Shown here piece by piece: positions 48,887 through 58,482 of a stretch of 64,000 nucleotides of DNA. Below the pieces are notes generated by a model. That model saw nothing but the letters and a program-made list of their open reading frames with translations, was not told the origin of the DNA and did not search any database. Position 1 is the stretch's first letter, and each line of letters begins with the position of its first letter. The stretch comes from Candidatus Limnocylindrales bacterium (GTDB lineage: Bacteria; Patescibacteriota; Microgenomatia; Levybacterales; UBA12049). A program made the position numbers and the translations under genes. Location: assembly GCA_035526025.1 (NCBI GenBank), contig DATLDE010000005.1, forward strand, positions 189,690 through 253,689, given 5' to 3'.

Positions 48887-50152
48887 ATGAAACAAAAAGC
48901 AAAGGAAATCATTAAACATCCACTTATATACGGCAGCGGTATTGTCGTCATCGGAGGAATGGCGGCGAATTTTTTTAACTTTCTCTTCAACCTTTTCATG
49001 AGTCGCAATTTACCAGTTGAGGACTATGGAACGCTTGCAAGTATCATATCTCTTATAACATTTCCTTCATTAATCGTAAGTGCTGTTACTCCTTTGATTA
49101 TTAATTTTTCAGGTAATTATTTTGCTCATGGAAAATTAGACATGATTCGAGGATTATACTTGAAAATTTCGAAGTTTTTATTAATTATTGGAATTTTATT
49201 TTTCTTTTCTTTTCTGATTAATATTTCAACTATAAGTAAATTCTTTCACATCGAAAATTTATCAATTCTGATAATTACAGACTTTATGATATTACTTGCA
49301 TTTATAGGTATCGTAAATGTTGCGCTTCTTCAAGCCAAATTGGCATTTACTTTTCAGGTAATTATCAATCTATTAGGCTCAATAGTAAAACTTTTAGTCG
49401 GTGCTACTTTTATATTTTTGGGGTATTCTGTATTTGGCGCAGTATCAGCTATTTTTATTTCAGGGATAGTGGTGTATCTTACCAGCTTCATACCGTTAAG
49501 ATTTCTTTTCAATAAGAAACTGATAGCCAAATCGGTTATCGACACTAAAGAATTATTTGCATACGGAATTCCCTCAGCAATTACACTATTTGGATTAACC
49601 TCGTTAATTTCTACAGATTTAATTCTTGTAAAACATTACTTTGATCCCAACAGTGCAGGTATATACGCAGGCATGTCACTTATAGGCAGAGTAATATTTT
49701 ATATCTCTTACCCTATTGGGAGCGTAATGTTCCCACTGATTGTCAGAAAACACAGCAAAAATGAGGATTTTGGCAACACATTCAAGATTTCTCTTCTTAT
49801 GGTATTTTTACCATCCGTTGCATTGACATTATTTTACTCTATATTTCCTAAATTCTCTATATTGTTTTTTCTAAAAAAAGAGGAATATTTAGCCGCAGTT
49901 CCTTATGTGGGCTTATTTGGAGCATTTATCTCGTTGTATTGCCTGCTTTTTATCATTGCCAATTTCTATCTATCAATCAAAGAAACAAAAATATATATTC
50001 CCATTTTGATAGGTGCAATTTTGCAAATTGTATTAATATCTTTTTACCACCAGACTTATTTGGAAATCATTGTAATATCAATCTTAATAACATTTTTACT
50101 TGTATTAGGTCTTTTGCTATACTATCCGCATGCCACCCAAAAAAGACTTTAA
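48887..50152 (+). CDS. wzx: polysaccharide/oligosaccharide flippase (Wzx / MOP superfamily)
   Basis: About 12-14 TM and 421 aa, with the characteristic polysaccharide-biosynthesis-protein topology. Confidence 0.65.
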   Translation: MKQKAKEIIKHPLIYGSGIVVIGGMAANFFNFLFNLFMSRNLPVEDYGTLASIISLITFPSLIVSAVTPLIINFSGNYFAHGKLDMIRGLYLKISKFLLIIGILFFFSFLINISTISKFFHIENLSILIITDFMILLAFIGIVNVALLQAKLAFTFQVIINLLGSIVKLLVGATFIFLGYSVFGAVSAIFISGIVVYLTSFIPLRFLFNKKLIAKSVIDTKELFAYGIPSAITLFGLTSLISTDLILVKHYFDPNSAGIYAGMSLIGRVIFYISYPIGSVMFPLIVRKHSKNEDFGNTFKISLLMVFLPSVALTLFYSIFPKFSILFFLKKEEYLAAVPYVGLFGAFISLYCLLFIIANFYLSIKETKIYIPILIGAILQIVLISFYHQTYLEIIVISILITFLLVLGLLLYYPHATQKRL

Positions 50153-50939
50153 AATCAATCTTCTTTCACTTGTAGTGCCTTCATTCAAACAAAAAAAAAC
50201 TATCGTGAAAGATATTAATTCGATGTCAAAGACCTTGAATCAACTCGACACTAAATACGAGATCATAGTTGTGATCGATGGAGACGTAGACAATACTTAT
50301 CAGGAATTAAAAAAAATAAAAAATAACAAAATTAAAATCATTTCATATCCAAAGAATCAAGGAAAAGGACATGCAGTACGAGTAGGCATGTTGAAGGCAA
50401 AAGGAGATATAATTGGCTTTCTTGACGCAGGAATGGATATACACCCAACAGGATTCAAGATGTTATTGAATCATATGGAGTGGTATGATGCCGATATAAT
50501 AGTAGGATCGAAATTACATCCTGTATCAAAGGTTAATTATCCATTTTATAGAAAAGTACTCTCCTGGGGATACAGACAGGTCACCAAAACATTGTTTGGG
50601 TTCAAGGTAAGAGATACACAGGTTGGACTTAAGTTTTTTAAAAGGAAAGTGGTCAAAGACGTATTGCCAAGACTCCTTGTTAAAAAATATGCATTTGATA
50701 TTGAAATTCTTGCAGTTTCATATCTGTTAGGGTATAAAAAAATTTATGAGGCACCTATTGAAATTAACTTTAAAATGAACAACATACATAAAAGCGATTT
50801 AATAAAAGTTGTTTCTCTAATGGCTTGGGATACACTGGCGGTATTTTACAGGTTGAAAATTCTTAACTATTACAAAAACAAAAGAGTTTCAAAAAGAAAA
50901 TCTATTAATAAAAACAAACTTCAAATAGCATCTAGATGA
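50130..50939 (+). CDS. glycosyltransferase family 2 (DPM1-like)
   Basis: LSLVVP......EIIVVIDGDVDNT...DAGMD (DxD-type) blocks. Overlaps the wzx 3' end by 23 bp. Confidence 0.7.
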   Translation: MPPKKDFKINLLSLVVPSFKQKKTIVKDINSMSKTLNQLDTKYEIIVVIDGDVDNTYQELKKIKNNKIKIISYPKNQGKGHAVRVGMLKAKGDIIGFLDAGMDIHPTGFKMLLNHMEWYDADIIVGSKLHPVSKVNYPFYRKVLSWGYRQVTKTLFGFKVRDTQVGLKFFKRKVVKDVLPRLLVKKYAFDIEILAVSYLLGYKKIYEAPIEINFKMNNIHKSDLIKVVSLMAWDTLAVFYRLKILNYYKNKRVSKRKSINKNKLQIASR

Positions 50940-52051
50940 GAATTCTTATACTTAACTGGAGGGATATAAAGAATCCAAGGGGCGGAGGCGCCGAAATATT
51001 GACGCATGAAATGGCAAAAGGATGGGTAAAGAAAGGACACGAGGTAACCCTTTTTAGCTCTTTGTTCTTAGGATCTAAAAAGACAGAAACCTTCGAAGGA
51101 ATCCAATTTATAAGACGGGGAACTTGGTGGAGCGTACATTTATATGCATTTTTTTATTATCTGAAAAATAAAAATAATATTGATATAATTATTGACGAAG
51201 TCCACTGGTTTCCATTTTTCAGCGCAATATATGCCAGAAAAAAAACAGTTGCATTAACATGTGAGGTCGCAAATAAACTTTTTTATACTCTTTTTCCTTA
51301 TCCCTTGGCTTTATTTTTCCGAGGAATTGAAAAAGGATATTTATATCTGTATAAAAATATCCCTACTCTAACCATCTCAGAATCAACAAAAAAAGATCTA
51401 ATTAAGGAGGGAATTAATAGCAAACTGATTACCGTGCTGCATATGGGGATAACAATTCCCAAGAATTTGAAAAAATACCCTAAAGAAAAAAATCCTACTT
51501 TCATATTCCTTGCGAGATTAAATAAGCAAAAAGGGATTTATGATGCAATCGAAGCATTCTCGATTATCATAAAAGATCTGCCAAAATCTAAATTATGGAT
51601 TGTAGGATCAGGTGAGGATGCAACTGTAAAACAAGTAAAAGAGATGGTAAAGAGTCTGGGGATAGAAAAAAATGTTAAGTTTTTTGGATATGTCTCAGAA
51701 GAAAAAAAGTTTGAACTTCTCGCAAAATCTCATCTACTATTGGTTCCCTCCGTACAGGAGGGATGGGGACTTACGGTTCCAGAAGCATCCACCCAAAAAA
51801 CCCCAGCAATTGTGTATAATGTTGCAGGACTCCGGGATGTAGCAATGGATACAAACTCGGTAGTAGTTTTGAAAAAAAATAATCCATCAGAAATGGCAAA
51901 AGGAACCATTAATCTCATGAAAGACAAAAAGAGATATGAAATGCTTCAGGAAGGATCATTTACAAAAATTGAAAATGAGAGTTGGGATAAATCCGCAGAA
52001 GTAAGTCTTAAAATTATTAATAACACTTTTGTAAAAAATAATTATGAATAA
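50936..52051 (+). CDS. glycosyltransferase family 4
   Basis: RILILNW..NPRGGGAEI N-terminus and C-terminal VPSVQEGWGLTVPEA. Confidence 0.8.
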   Translation: MRILILNWRDIKNPRGGGAEILTHEMAKGWVKKGHEVTLFSSLFLGSKKTETFEGIQFIRRGTWWSVHLYAFFYYLKNKNNIDIIIDEVHWFPFFSAIYARKKTVALTCEVANKLFYTLFPYPLALFFRGIEKGYLYLYKNIPTLTISESTKKDLIKEGINSKLITVLHMGITIPKNLKKYPKEKNPTFIFLARLNKQKGIYDAIEAFSIIIKDLPKSKLWIVGSGEDATVKQVKEMVKSLGIEKNVKFFGYVSEEKKFELLAKSHLLLVPSVQEGWGLTVPEASTQKTPAIVYNVAGLRDVAMDTNSVVVLKKNNPSEMAKGTINLMKDKKRYEMLQEGSFTKIENESWDKSAEVSLKIINNTFVKNNYE

Positions 52052-52877
52052 ACCGCCACTAGTATCAGTAATTATAACCACTAAGAATTCTGAGAGCACC
52101 ATAAAAAGTTGCTTATCCAGTATAAAAAACCAGAACTACAGCAATCTAGAAATAATTTTGGTTGACAATAATTCAACTGATCATACAAGTAAAATTGCCC
52201 AAAAATACACCAAATTAATTTTCAATAAAGGTCCGGAAAGATCAGCTCAAAGGAATTTCGGTGCTAAAAAAGCAAAAGGTAAATTTCTTTTATTTGTAGA
52301 TAGCGACATGGAACTTTCAAAAAATGTTATTAAAGATTGCGTAGAAAAATACATTACAAATAGCCATAATGCAGCAGGGGTAGTTATTCCGGAAAAATCC
52401 TTCGGGAATAGTTTTTGGGCAAAATGCAAAGCTCTTGAGAGGGAGTTTTACTTAGGTCTAGACTGGATTGAAGCCCCTAGGTTCTTCTCTAAAGAAATTT
52501 TCGAAGAAATAGGAGGGTATGATGAAAAACAAACAGGAACTGAAGATTTTGATCTTCCACAAAGAATAAAAAGCAGATTTAAAAACAGATCAATCTTAAG
52601 AATCAAAAGCATGATTCATCACAATGAAGGAGATCTAGCTCTTTCTTACACGTTAAAAAAGAAATATTACTACGTAAAGACAGCTAGGATTTATCGGGAG
52701 AAAAAATCCAATAAAGATTATTATAAAAAACAATCAAGTATTATAGAAAGATACAGAGTGTTTTTTTCTAATCCGCGAAAGCTGTTAAAAAATCCTATTT
52801 TGGGACTAGGGATGCTACTTATGAAAACAAGTGAATTCGCTGCCGGAGGCTTAGGTTATATTTCTTCAAACAAATAG
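52044..52877 (+). CDS. glycosyltransferase family 2
   Basis: VSVIITTKN......LEIILVDNNSTD...VDSD blocks. Confidence 0.8.
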   Translation: MNKPPLVSVIITTKNSESTIKSCLSSIKNQNYSNLEIILVDNNSTDHTSKIAQKYTKLIFNKGPERSAQRNFGAKKAKGKFLLFVDSDMELSKNVIKDCVEKYITNSHNAAGVVIPEKSFGNSFWAKCKALEREFYLGLDWIEAPRFFSKEIFEEIGGYDEKQTGTEDFDLPQRIKSRFKNRSILRIKSMIHHNEGDLALSYTLKKKYYYVKTARIYREKKSNKDYYKKQSSIIERYRVFFSNPRKLLKNPILGLGMLLMKTSEFAAGGLGYISSNK

Positions 52878-52921
52878 TCCATTTGCTTCCTGATTAGCAT
52901 TTAATTATAATAACACCAATA

Positions 52922-54094
52922 ATGATTAAGCTTATTAAATCAACCTTTTATGAGGAAAAGAAGACCAAAGCGCAGCTAGTTGAATTTATAAAGACTGCTG
53001 AGATTCTGAGCTTTGGGCCGGAGTGTCAGAAGTTTGAAGAGTCGTTTGCAAAATGGCAAAAAAGAAAATTCTGTGTATTTGTAAATAGTGGTAGTTCTGC
53101 AAATCTCGCGGTAATACAAGCTGCGTTAAACTTAAACGAAATACAAAAAGGTGACTACGTAGGATTTTCAGCGCTTACCTGGTCCACCAACGCAATGCCA
53201 CTTATACAACTGGGGCTAAATCCTATTCCGGTAGACGTAGAATTAGATACCCTGAACGTCTCAAGCAAAAAACTTCTTGAAGTATTGAAAAAATACAAAC
53301 TTAAAGCACTTTTTCTGACAAATTTACTTGGATTTTGCGATGATATTGATGAAATAGTTAAAGTATGTAAAGAAAATAACATCTTACTCCTTGAGGATAA
53401 TTGTGAATCTTTGGGAACTGTTTATAAAGGAAAACTTCTTGGTAATTTCGGGCTCGCTAGCACATATTCATTTTACGTAGGCCACCATATGTCAACAATT
53501 GAAGGTGGGGCTATATGTACAGACAATCAGAAACTTGCTGATATGCTCAGGCTCGTAAGAGCACATGGCTGGGATAGAAATCTAGCAGAACATTCCCAGA
53601 CAAAAATAAGAAATAAGCATAAAGTAAATTCGACGTTTTATTCTCGTTATACTTTTTATGATCTAGGGTATAACTTACGCCCAACAGAAATTAATGGATT
53701 TATAGGAAATACACAAATCCAATATCTTAATGAAATTTTGAAAAAAAGAAATAATAATTTTTTAAGAATTGCGTCCTTTATATATGAAGATCTTGAAAGG
53801 TTTTACCCAATCAGGTATGATCATATAGATTTTGTTTCCAACTTTGCAGTTCCAATAATTTGCAGGTCTACAAAGATCAGAGATGAGTTGGTTGAGAGAT
53901 GCATTGGTAAAATAGAAATAAGGCCCATTGTGGGAGGAGATATAACCAAACAACCATTTTTTAAAAAATACATTAAAGATTTAAAAGCTAATACTGGAAA
54001 TGCAAATCTCATACATGAACAGGGATTATATTTTGGAAATAATCCTGAGCTTACGTCCATTGAATCATTGGAAATAATTAAAATATTTACTTAA
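52922..54094 (+). CDS. colD: PLP-dependent GDP-4-keto-6-deoxy-D-mannose 3-dehydratase (ColD/E1-like, DegT family with His replacing the PLP-Lys)
   Basis: LLEDNCESLGTVYKGKLLGNFGLASTYSFYVGHHMSTIEGGAICTD...LVRAHGWDRNL is near-identical in pattern to ColD. The canonical DegT Schiff-base Lys position carries His (GHHMST). Confidence 0.75.
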   Translation: MIKLIKSTFYEEKKTKAQLVEFIKTAEILSFGPECQKFEESFAKWQKRKFCVFVNSGSSANLAVIQAALNLNEIQKGDYVGFSALTWSTNAMPLIQLGLNPIPVDVELDTLNVSSKKLLEVLKKYKLKALFLTNLLGFCDDIDEIVKVCKENNILLLEDNCESLGTVYKGKLLGNFGLASTYSFYVGHHMSTIEGGAICTDNQKLADMLRLVRAHGWDRNLAEHSQTKIRNKHKVNSTFYSRYTFYDLGYNLRPTEINGFIGNTQIQYLNEILKKRNNNFLRIASFIYEDLERFYPIRYDHIDFVSNFAVPIICRSTKIRDELVERCIGKIEIRPIVGGDITKQPFFKKYIKDLKANTGNANLIHEQGLYFGNNPELTSIESLEIIKIFT

Positions 54095-54096
54095 AT

Positions 54097-55074
54097 ATGA
54101 AAAACAGTTTTTGGAAAAATAAAAAAGTTTTGGTAACTGGAGGCGCTGGTTTTATCGGAAGTCATGTCGTTGAAAAATTGGTGGAAAGAGGAGCAAAAGT
54201 TACAATTCTTGATAATCTACAAAACGGCAAAAAATCGAATCTATCGCATTTAAAAAAATCAATGACTTTTATCAAAGGAGACTGCAGGTCAGTAAAAGAC
54301 GCAGAAAAAGCCTGCTCGGGACAAGACGTAGTGATGAATCTAGCTGCAAGAGTTGGAGGAATAGAATTTAATAGAACACATCAGGCAACTATGATGCGAG
54401 ATAATCTTTTGATTGGAACTGTGATGATAGAAGCAGCCCGAAAAATGAAAGTTGATAGATTTCTAGTGGTGTCATCAGCTTGTGTATATCCGCGGAACTG
54501 TTCTGTACCCACTCCTGAAGCTGAAGGCTTCATGGACGAGCCAGAACCAACAAATGGTGGATACGGCTGGGCCAAAAGAATGGCAGAAAAACTCGGAATT
54601 TATTATGCCGAAGAATTTGGAATGAAAGTCGGAATAGTCAGACCTTATAATTGCTATGGACCACGTGATCATTTTGATCCTGAATTATCCCATGTTATTC
54701 CAGCGCTTATAAAACGCGTGTTTGACGGAGAAAATCCAGTAAAAGTGTGGGGATCAGGCAAGCAAACCAGAGCATTTTTATATGTTGAGGATCTGGCAGA
54801 GGGAATGATTCTCTCAATAGAAAATTACCCAGTCCCCGATCCAATAAACTTAGGAACAGATGATGAGATATCGATTAAAAAGCTGATTAAAACAATTGTT
54901 GACATAACAGGTATTAAGACAAAGGTTGAGTTTGATACCTCCAAACCTGATGGTAGTCCGAGAAGAAATAGTGATAATAAAAAAGCTATAAAGTATGCAA
55001 AATTCAAAGCTAAAATGAGCCTGGACGATGGACTAAGAAAAACTATTGATTGGTACCGTAGCTCTTTTAAATGA
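54097..55074 (+). CDS. GDP-sugar 3,5-epimerase/4-reductase (Fcl/ColC-like; GDP-L-colitose or GDP-L-fucose synthase family)
   Basis: VLVTGGAGFIGSHV. C-terminal DTSKPDGSPRRNSDNKKA..KMSLDDGLRKTIDWY matches the Fcl DTSKPDGTPRKL...GW block. It is directly downstream of the colD-like gene. Confidence 0.7.
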   Translation: MKNSFWKNKKVLVTGGAGFIGSHVVEKLVERGAKVTILDNLQNGKKSNLSHLKKSMTFIKGDCRSVKDAEKACSGQDVVMNLAARVGGIEFNRTHQATMMRDNLLIGTVMIEAARKMKVDRFLVVSSACVYPRNCSVPTPEAEGFMDEPEPTNGGYGWAKRMAEKLGIYYAEEFGMKVGIVRPYNCYGPRDHFDPELSHVIPALIKRVFDGENPVKVWGSGKQTRAFLYVEDLAEGMILSIENYPVPDPINLGTDDEISIKKLIKTIVDITGIKTKVEFDTSKPDGSPRRNSDNKKAIKYAKFKAKMSLDDGLRKTIDWYRSSFK

Positions 55075-56222
55075 TTAATCTTAAAAGCTATACCTTTGCT
55101 ATTGTTACTCATGTATATGCTACGGGGCCTTCTTTTAAACTTGAGGAATATTTAATTCCCAAATCCAAAACGTTAATTTTTATCGGGCATCCTTTCGCAT
55201 ATTCGAGTGATACCCGCTCTTTTTTAAGGATATATAAACATGGAGAGTTGGTTGTAGATGAAAAATTTTTAAGATGGAAAGGGCCGGAGTTAATATTTTA
55301 CATCAAAGATATTATTCTTACAGCTTGGTGGTTAACTAAATATAATCACAAGATTGATTATTATATTGGGGTGGATAGCCTAAATTTTTTAGTTGGATAT
55401 TTTTTTAAATATTTTAAAAAAATACATTCATTAGTTTACTATACTATTGATTACGTACCCCAAAGATCTTCCAACTCTATCCTCAACAGCGCTTATCATT
55501 TTCTGGATAGACTTGGTGTATCAAAAAGCGACAAAGTGTGGAATTTATCAAAAGTTATGGTAGAAGTACGGGAAAAAAATGGAGTAATTAAGAAATATAG
55601 AAAAAAACAAATCGTGGTTCCAGTAGGTACGGACATTAATGTAAAGGTGCTACCATTCAGTAAAATAAACAAAAATAAAGTTGTTTTTATGGGACACCTA
55701 CGGGAAGGCCAAGGAGTAGATTTACTAATTTCTGCCATGATAGACGTTATAAAAAAAATTCCAAATGCTCATTTATTAATTATTGGAGGTGGTCCGCTAG
55801 AGTCTCATCTAAAGAAAATTGCAAAAACTTTTAAGATGGAAAAGCATATAAAATTCTCAGGCTTTGTTAAAGAATTTTCTGATGTCGAAAAAATGCTACA
55901 AGATAGCGCAATCGCCGTTGCTCCTTATGTCGATGACAAAAAAACATACACAAGATATACTGACCCTGGCAAGCCAAAAGATTATCTAGCCCATGGCATA
56001 CCAGTTATTATTACTAAAGTTCCCCAGGTTGCCTATGAAATACACAAAAACAAATGCGGTTTTGCAATAGATTACAATGAGGAAGAACTTAGCAGCATGC
56101 TCATCAAACTCTTACAAGATAAAAAGCAGTTAGCCTTTTTTAGAAAAAACGCACTGGAAATGGCACAAGAATACTCGTGGAATAAAATATTTAACAATGC
56201 TTTGCAAGGCACACTATTTTAA
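55071..56222 (+). CDS. glycosyltransferase family 4
   Basis: C-terminal GT-B domain (FMGHLREGQGVDLL...VAPYVDD...KPKDYLAHGIPVI). Confidence 0.7.
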   Translation: MINLKSYTFAIVTHVYATGPSFKLEEYLIPKSKTLIFIGHPFAYSSDTRSFLRIYKHGELVVDEKFLRWKGPELIFYIKDIILTAWWLTKYNHKIDYYIGVDSLNFLVGYFFKYFKKIHSLVYYTIDYVPQRSSNSILNSAYHFLDRLGVSKSDKVWNLSKVMVEVREKNGVIKKYRKKQIVVPVGTDINVKVLPFSKINKNKVVFMGHLREGQGVDLLISAMIDVIKKIPNAHLLIIGGGPLESHLKKIAKTFKMEKHIKFSGFVKEFSDVEKMLQDSAIAVAPYVDDKKTYTRYTDPGKPKDYLAHGIPVIITKVPQVAYEIHKNKCGFAIDYNEEELSSMLIKLLQDKKQLAFFRKNALEMAQEYSWNKIFNNALQGTLF

Positions 56223-56276
56223 CGGTTAAACTTTACCCAGACTTTGGTATCAGAAACTCGGGATACAATACTATTC

Positions 56277-57293
56277 ATGAATAAACTCATCTCAATTATT
56301 ATAATAAATTGGAATGGCGAGAAATGGCTGCGAGGATGTTTTCGCTCGCTGAAAAAGCAATCATACCCAAATTTTGAAATTATACTAGTTGATAATGCTT
56401 CTTCTGATAACTCTGTTGAGTTTATAAAAAAATACTATCCCAAGACAAAAATTATTAATAACAAAGAAAATATCGGATTTGCAGGAGGAAATAATATTGG
56501 ATATAAACACACTAAAGGACAATATATTTTACTTCTAAACAATGACACAACCGTTGAGAAAGATTTTCTTAAAAATTTTGTCAAAGCTTTTGATGAAATC
56601 CCGAATCTTGGATCTGTACAATCTAAAATTGTTTTAATGAATGTTGCAAACAAACTCGATGTGGTTGGATCATATTGGACAGGTTCTTCATTTCTTTATT
56701 ATTATGGGTATGGAAAAAATGCATCAGCAACAAAATATAACAAATCAATGCCGTTTTTTTCCAATAAAGGTGCTTCTATGCTTATAAAAAGAGAGGTGAT
56801 TGAAAAAGTTGGTTTATTTGATGATGACTTTTGGTGCTACTATGAAGAAACAGATTTTTGCCATCGAGTATGGCTTGCAGGATATGAGTGTTGGTACTAT
56901 CCTAAAGCTGTCGCACATCATGCAATGGGTGGTACATCTTTAGCATTTGACAATAGCTACATTCAATTTCACAATTTTAAGAATAAATTGCTTAGTTTTT
57001 TAAAAAATTTTGAAAAAAAAAGCTTGATGAGTATAATTCCCATTTATCTAATAATTAATATTTTTTTGAGCTTTACCTGGCTGCTACAAGGTAAGTTTAA
57101 GCATTTTTTAGCATTATATAAATCTCTCTGGTGGAACGTAATACATTTAAGAAGAACTTTAAGAAAGAGAAAAATTATACAATCCCATCGCATTATCTCC
57201 GATCAAGCTATTTTTAAAAAAACTAAAATAAATCCAAAAATAGCTTACTATTATTTTTTAATGAAAGGAGATCTTCTAAAATTTGAAAACTAA
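56277..57293 (+). CDS. glycosyltransferase family 2 (rhamnosyltransferase-like)
   Basis: ISIIIINWNG....SL..Q.Y..FEIILVDNASSD......NIGFAGGNN. I chose the ATG at 56277; the ORF track starts at 56244. Confidence 0.8.
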   Translation: MNKLISIIIINWNGEKWLRGCFRSLKKQSYPNFEIILVDNASSDNSVEFIKKYYPKTKIINNKENIGFAGGNNIGYKHTKGQYILLLNNDTTVEKDFLKNFVKAFDEIPNLGSVQSKIVLMNVANKLDVVGSYWTGSSFLYYYGYGKNASATKYNKSMPFFSNKGASMLIKREVIEKVGLFDDDFWCYYEETDFCHRVWLAGYECWYYPKAVAHHAMGGTSLAFDNSYIQFHNFKNKLLSFLKNFEKKSLMSIIPIYLIINIFLSFTWLLQGKFKHFLALYKSLWWNVIHLRRTLRKRKIIQSHRIISDQAIFKKTKINPKIAYYYFLMKGDLLKFEN

Positions 57294-58479
57294 AAAATTA
57301 CATATTGCCATAATACTTCCTACAATCATTACAAAAAACGGTACAGCGAAACAAAGCATTGAATTGGCAAAAGTATTAGCCAAGAAAGGACATTCTGTTA
57401 GTTTTTTTGCATACGCTTATTTTAAAGAAAGTACTTTTCCAGAATTTAATAATTTTAAAACATATTACTGTGTGGATGTTTCAAGATCTCCTATATGTAA
57501 AATAATCAAGAATATATCTGTGCTGGAGCAAATTTATCTTTACCTAGGAATATTTTTTATTAATAAATTTAGAGATTTGTTCAATGGAAAAAAAATAGAT
57601 ACATATAATCCTCATGATTGGATGGGTCTATGGGTAGTCACTGGCTTAAAACAAGTCAGTTCAATCATTGCTAACATAAATGACGTTCCACAAAGATATA
57701 CCGGAATATTAAATATGATAAAGCTCCATAGAGACAAGAAATATAAAAATAAAATAGATAATATAGTTGTCTTAGATAATATTAATAAAGAAAAAGTAAT
57801 TAAATGGTTAGATTTTGATGAAAAGAAAATATCTGTTATAAGAAGTGGTATTGATATCAAGAAATATAAAAACTTTCATAAAAAATACAATCTTAAAAAA
57901 TCCCTAGGACTCAAAAAGAAAGATACTTTATTGGTTTGCGCAAATCTTCTCGCACCAAACAGAAGATATGAAGACGTGCTCGAAGTACTAAACAAATATA
58001 AAAATGAAGGAGTAGCTTTACATGTCCTAATCTTGTCCAAACTCGATTTCAGTCCAGAGTATTCAAGTCAGCTAAAAAAATTAATTAGAAAATATAATAT
58101 ACAAAAGCAGGTTCATTTTATCGATAAATTTTTTACGGACGAAGAAAGGATGACATATATAAAAAATTCAGATATACTTATTTTCCCCAATAGCCCCCAA
58201 ACATGGGGCTTGACAGTGCTCGAAGCAATGGCTCTTGGTATACCAGTAATAGCTTCAACGGGATCAGGTGTAAGCGAGGTGCTACATGACGGGATAGATG
58301 CAATTATTTATCCGGAAAGAGATATCAAGCAACTTGCTCTTAAAATTGAAAGCTATCTGAAAAATAAGTATTTATTTGCTAAAATTGCTAAGAAAGGGAA
58401 AATTTATGCACTTAATACTTTTTCTTGGGAAAAATTTGGTACTGAAATTGAAGGCATAATGCAGCATCACGCAAAATAA
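57283..58479 (+). CDS. glycosyltransferase family 4
   Basis: FPNSPQTWGLTVLEAMALGIPVIASTGSGVSEVL is the GT4 E-x7-E region. Confidence 0.8.
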   Translation: MKTKKLHIAIILPTIITKNGTAKQSIELAKVLAKKGHSVSFFAYAYFKESTFPEFNNFKTYYCVDVSRSPICKIIKNISVLEQIYLYLGIFFINKFRDLFNGKKIDTYNPHDWMGLWVVTGLKQVSSIIANINDVPQRYTGILNMIKLHRDKKYKNKIDNIVVLDNINKEKVIKWLDFDEKKISVIRSGIDIKKYKNFHKKYNLKKSLGLKKKDTLLVCANLLAPNRRYEDVLEVLNKYKNEGVALHVLILSKLDFSPEYSSQLKKLIRKYNIQKQVHFIDKFFTDEERMTYIKNSDILIFPNSPQTWGLTVLEAMALGIPVIASTGSGVSEVLHDGIDAIIYPERDIKQLALKIESYLKNKYLFAKIAKKGKIYALNTFSWEKFGTEIEGIMQHHAK

Positions 58480-58482
58480 ATT

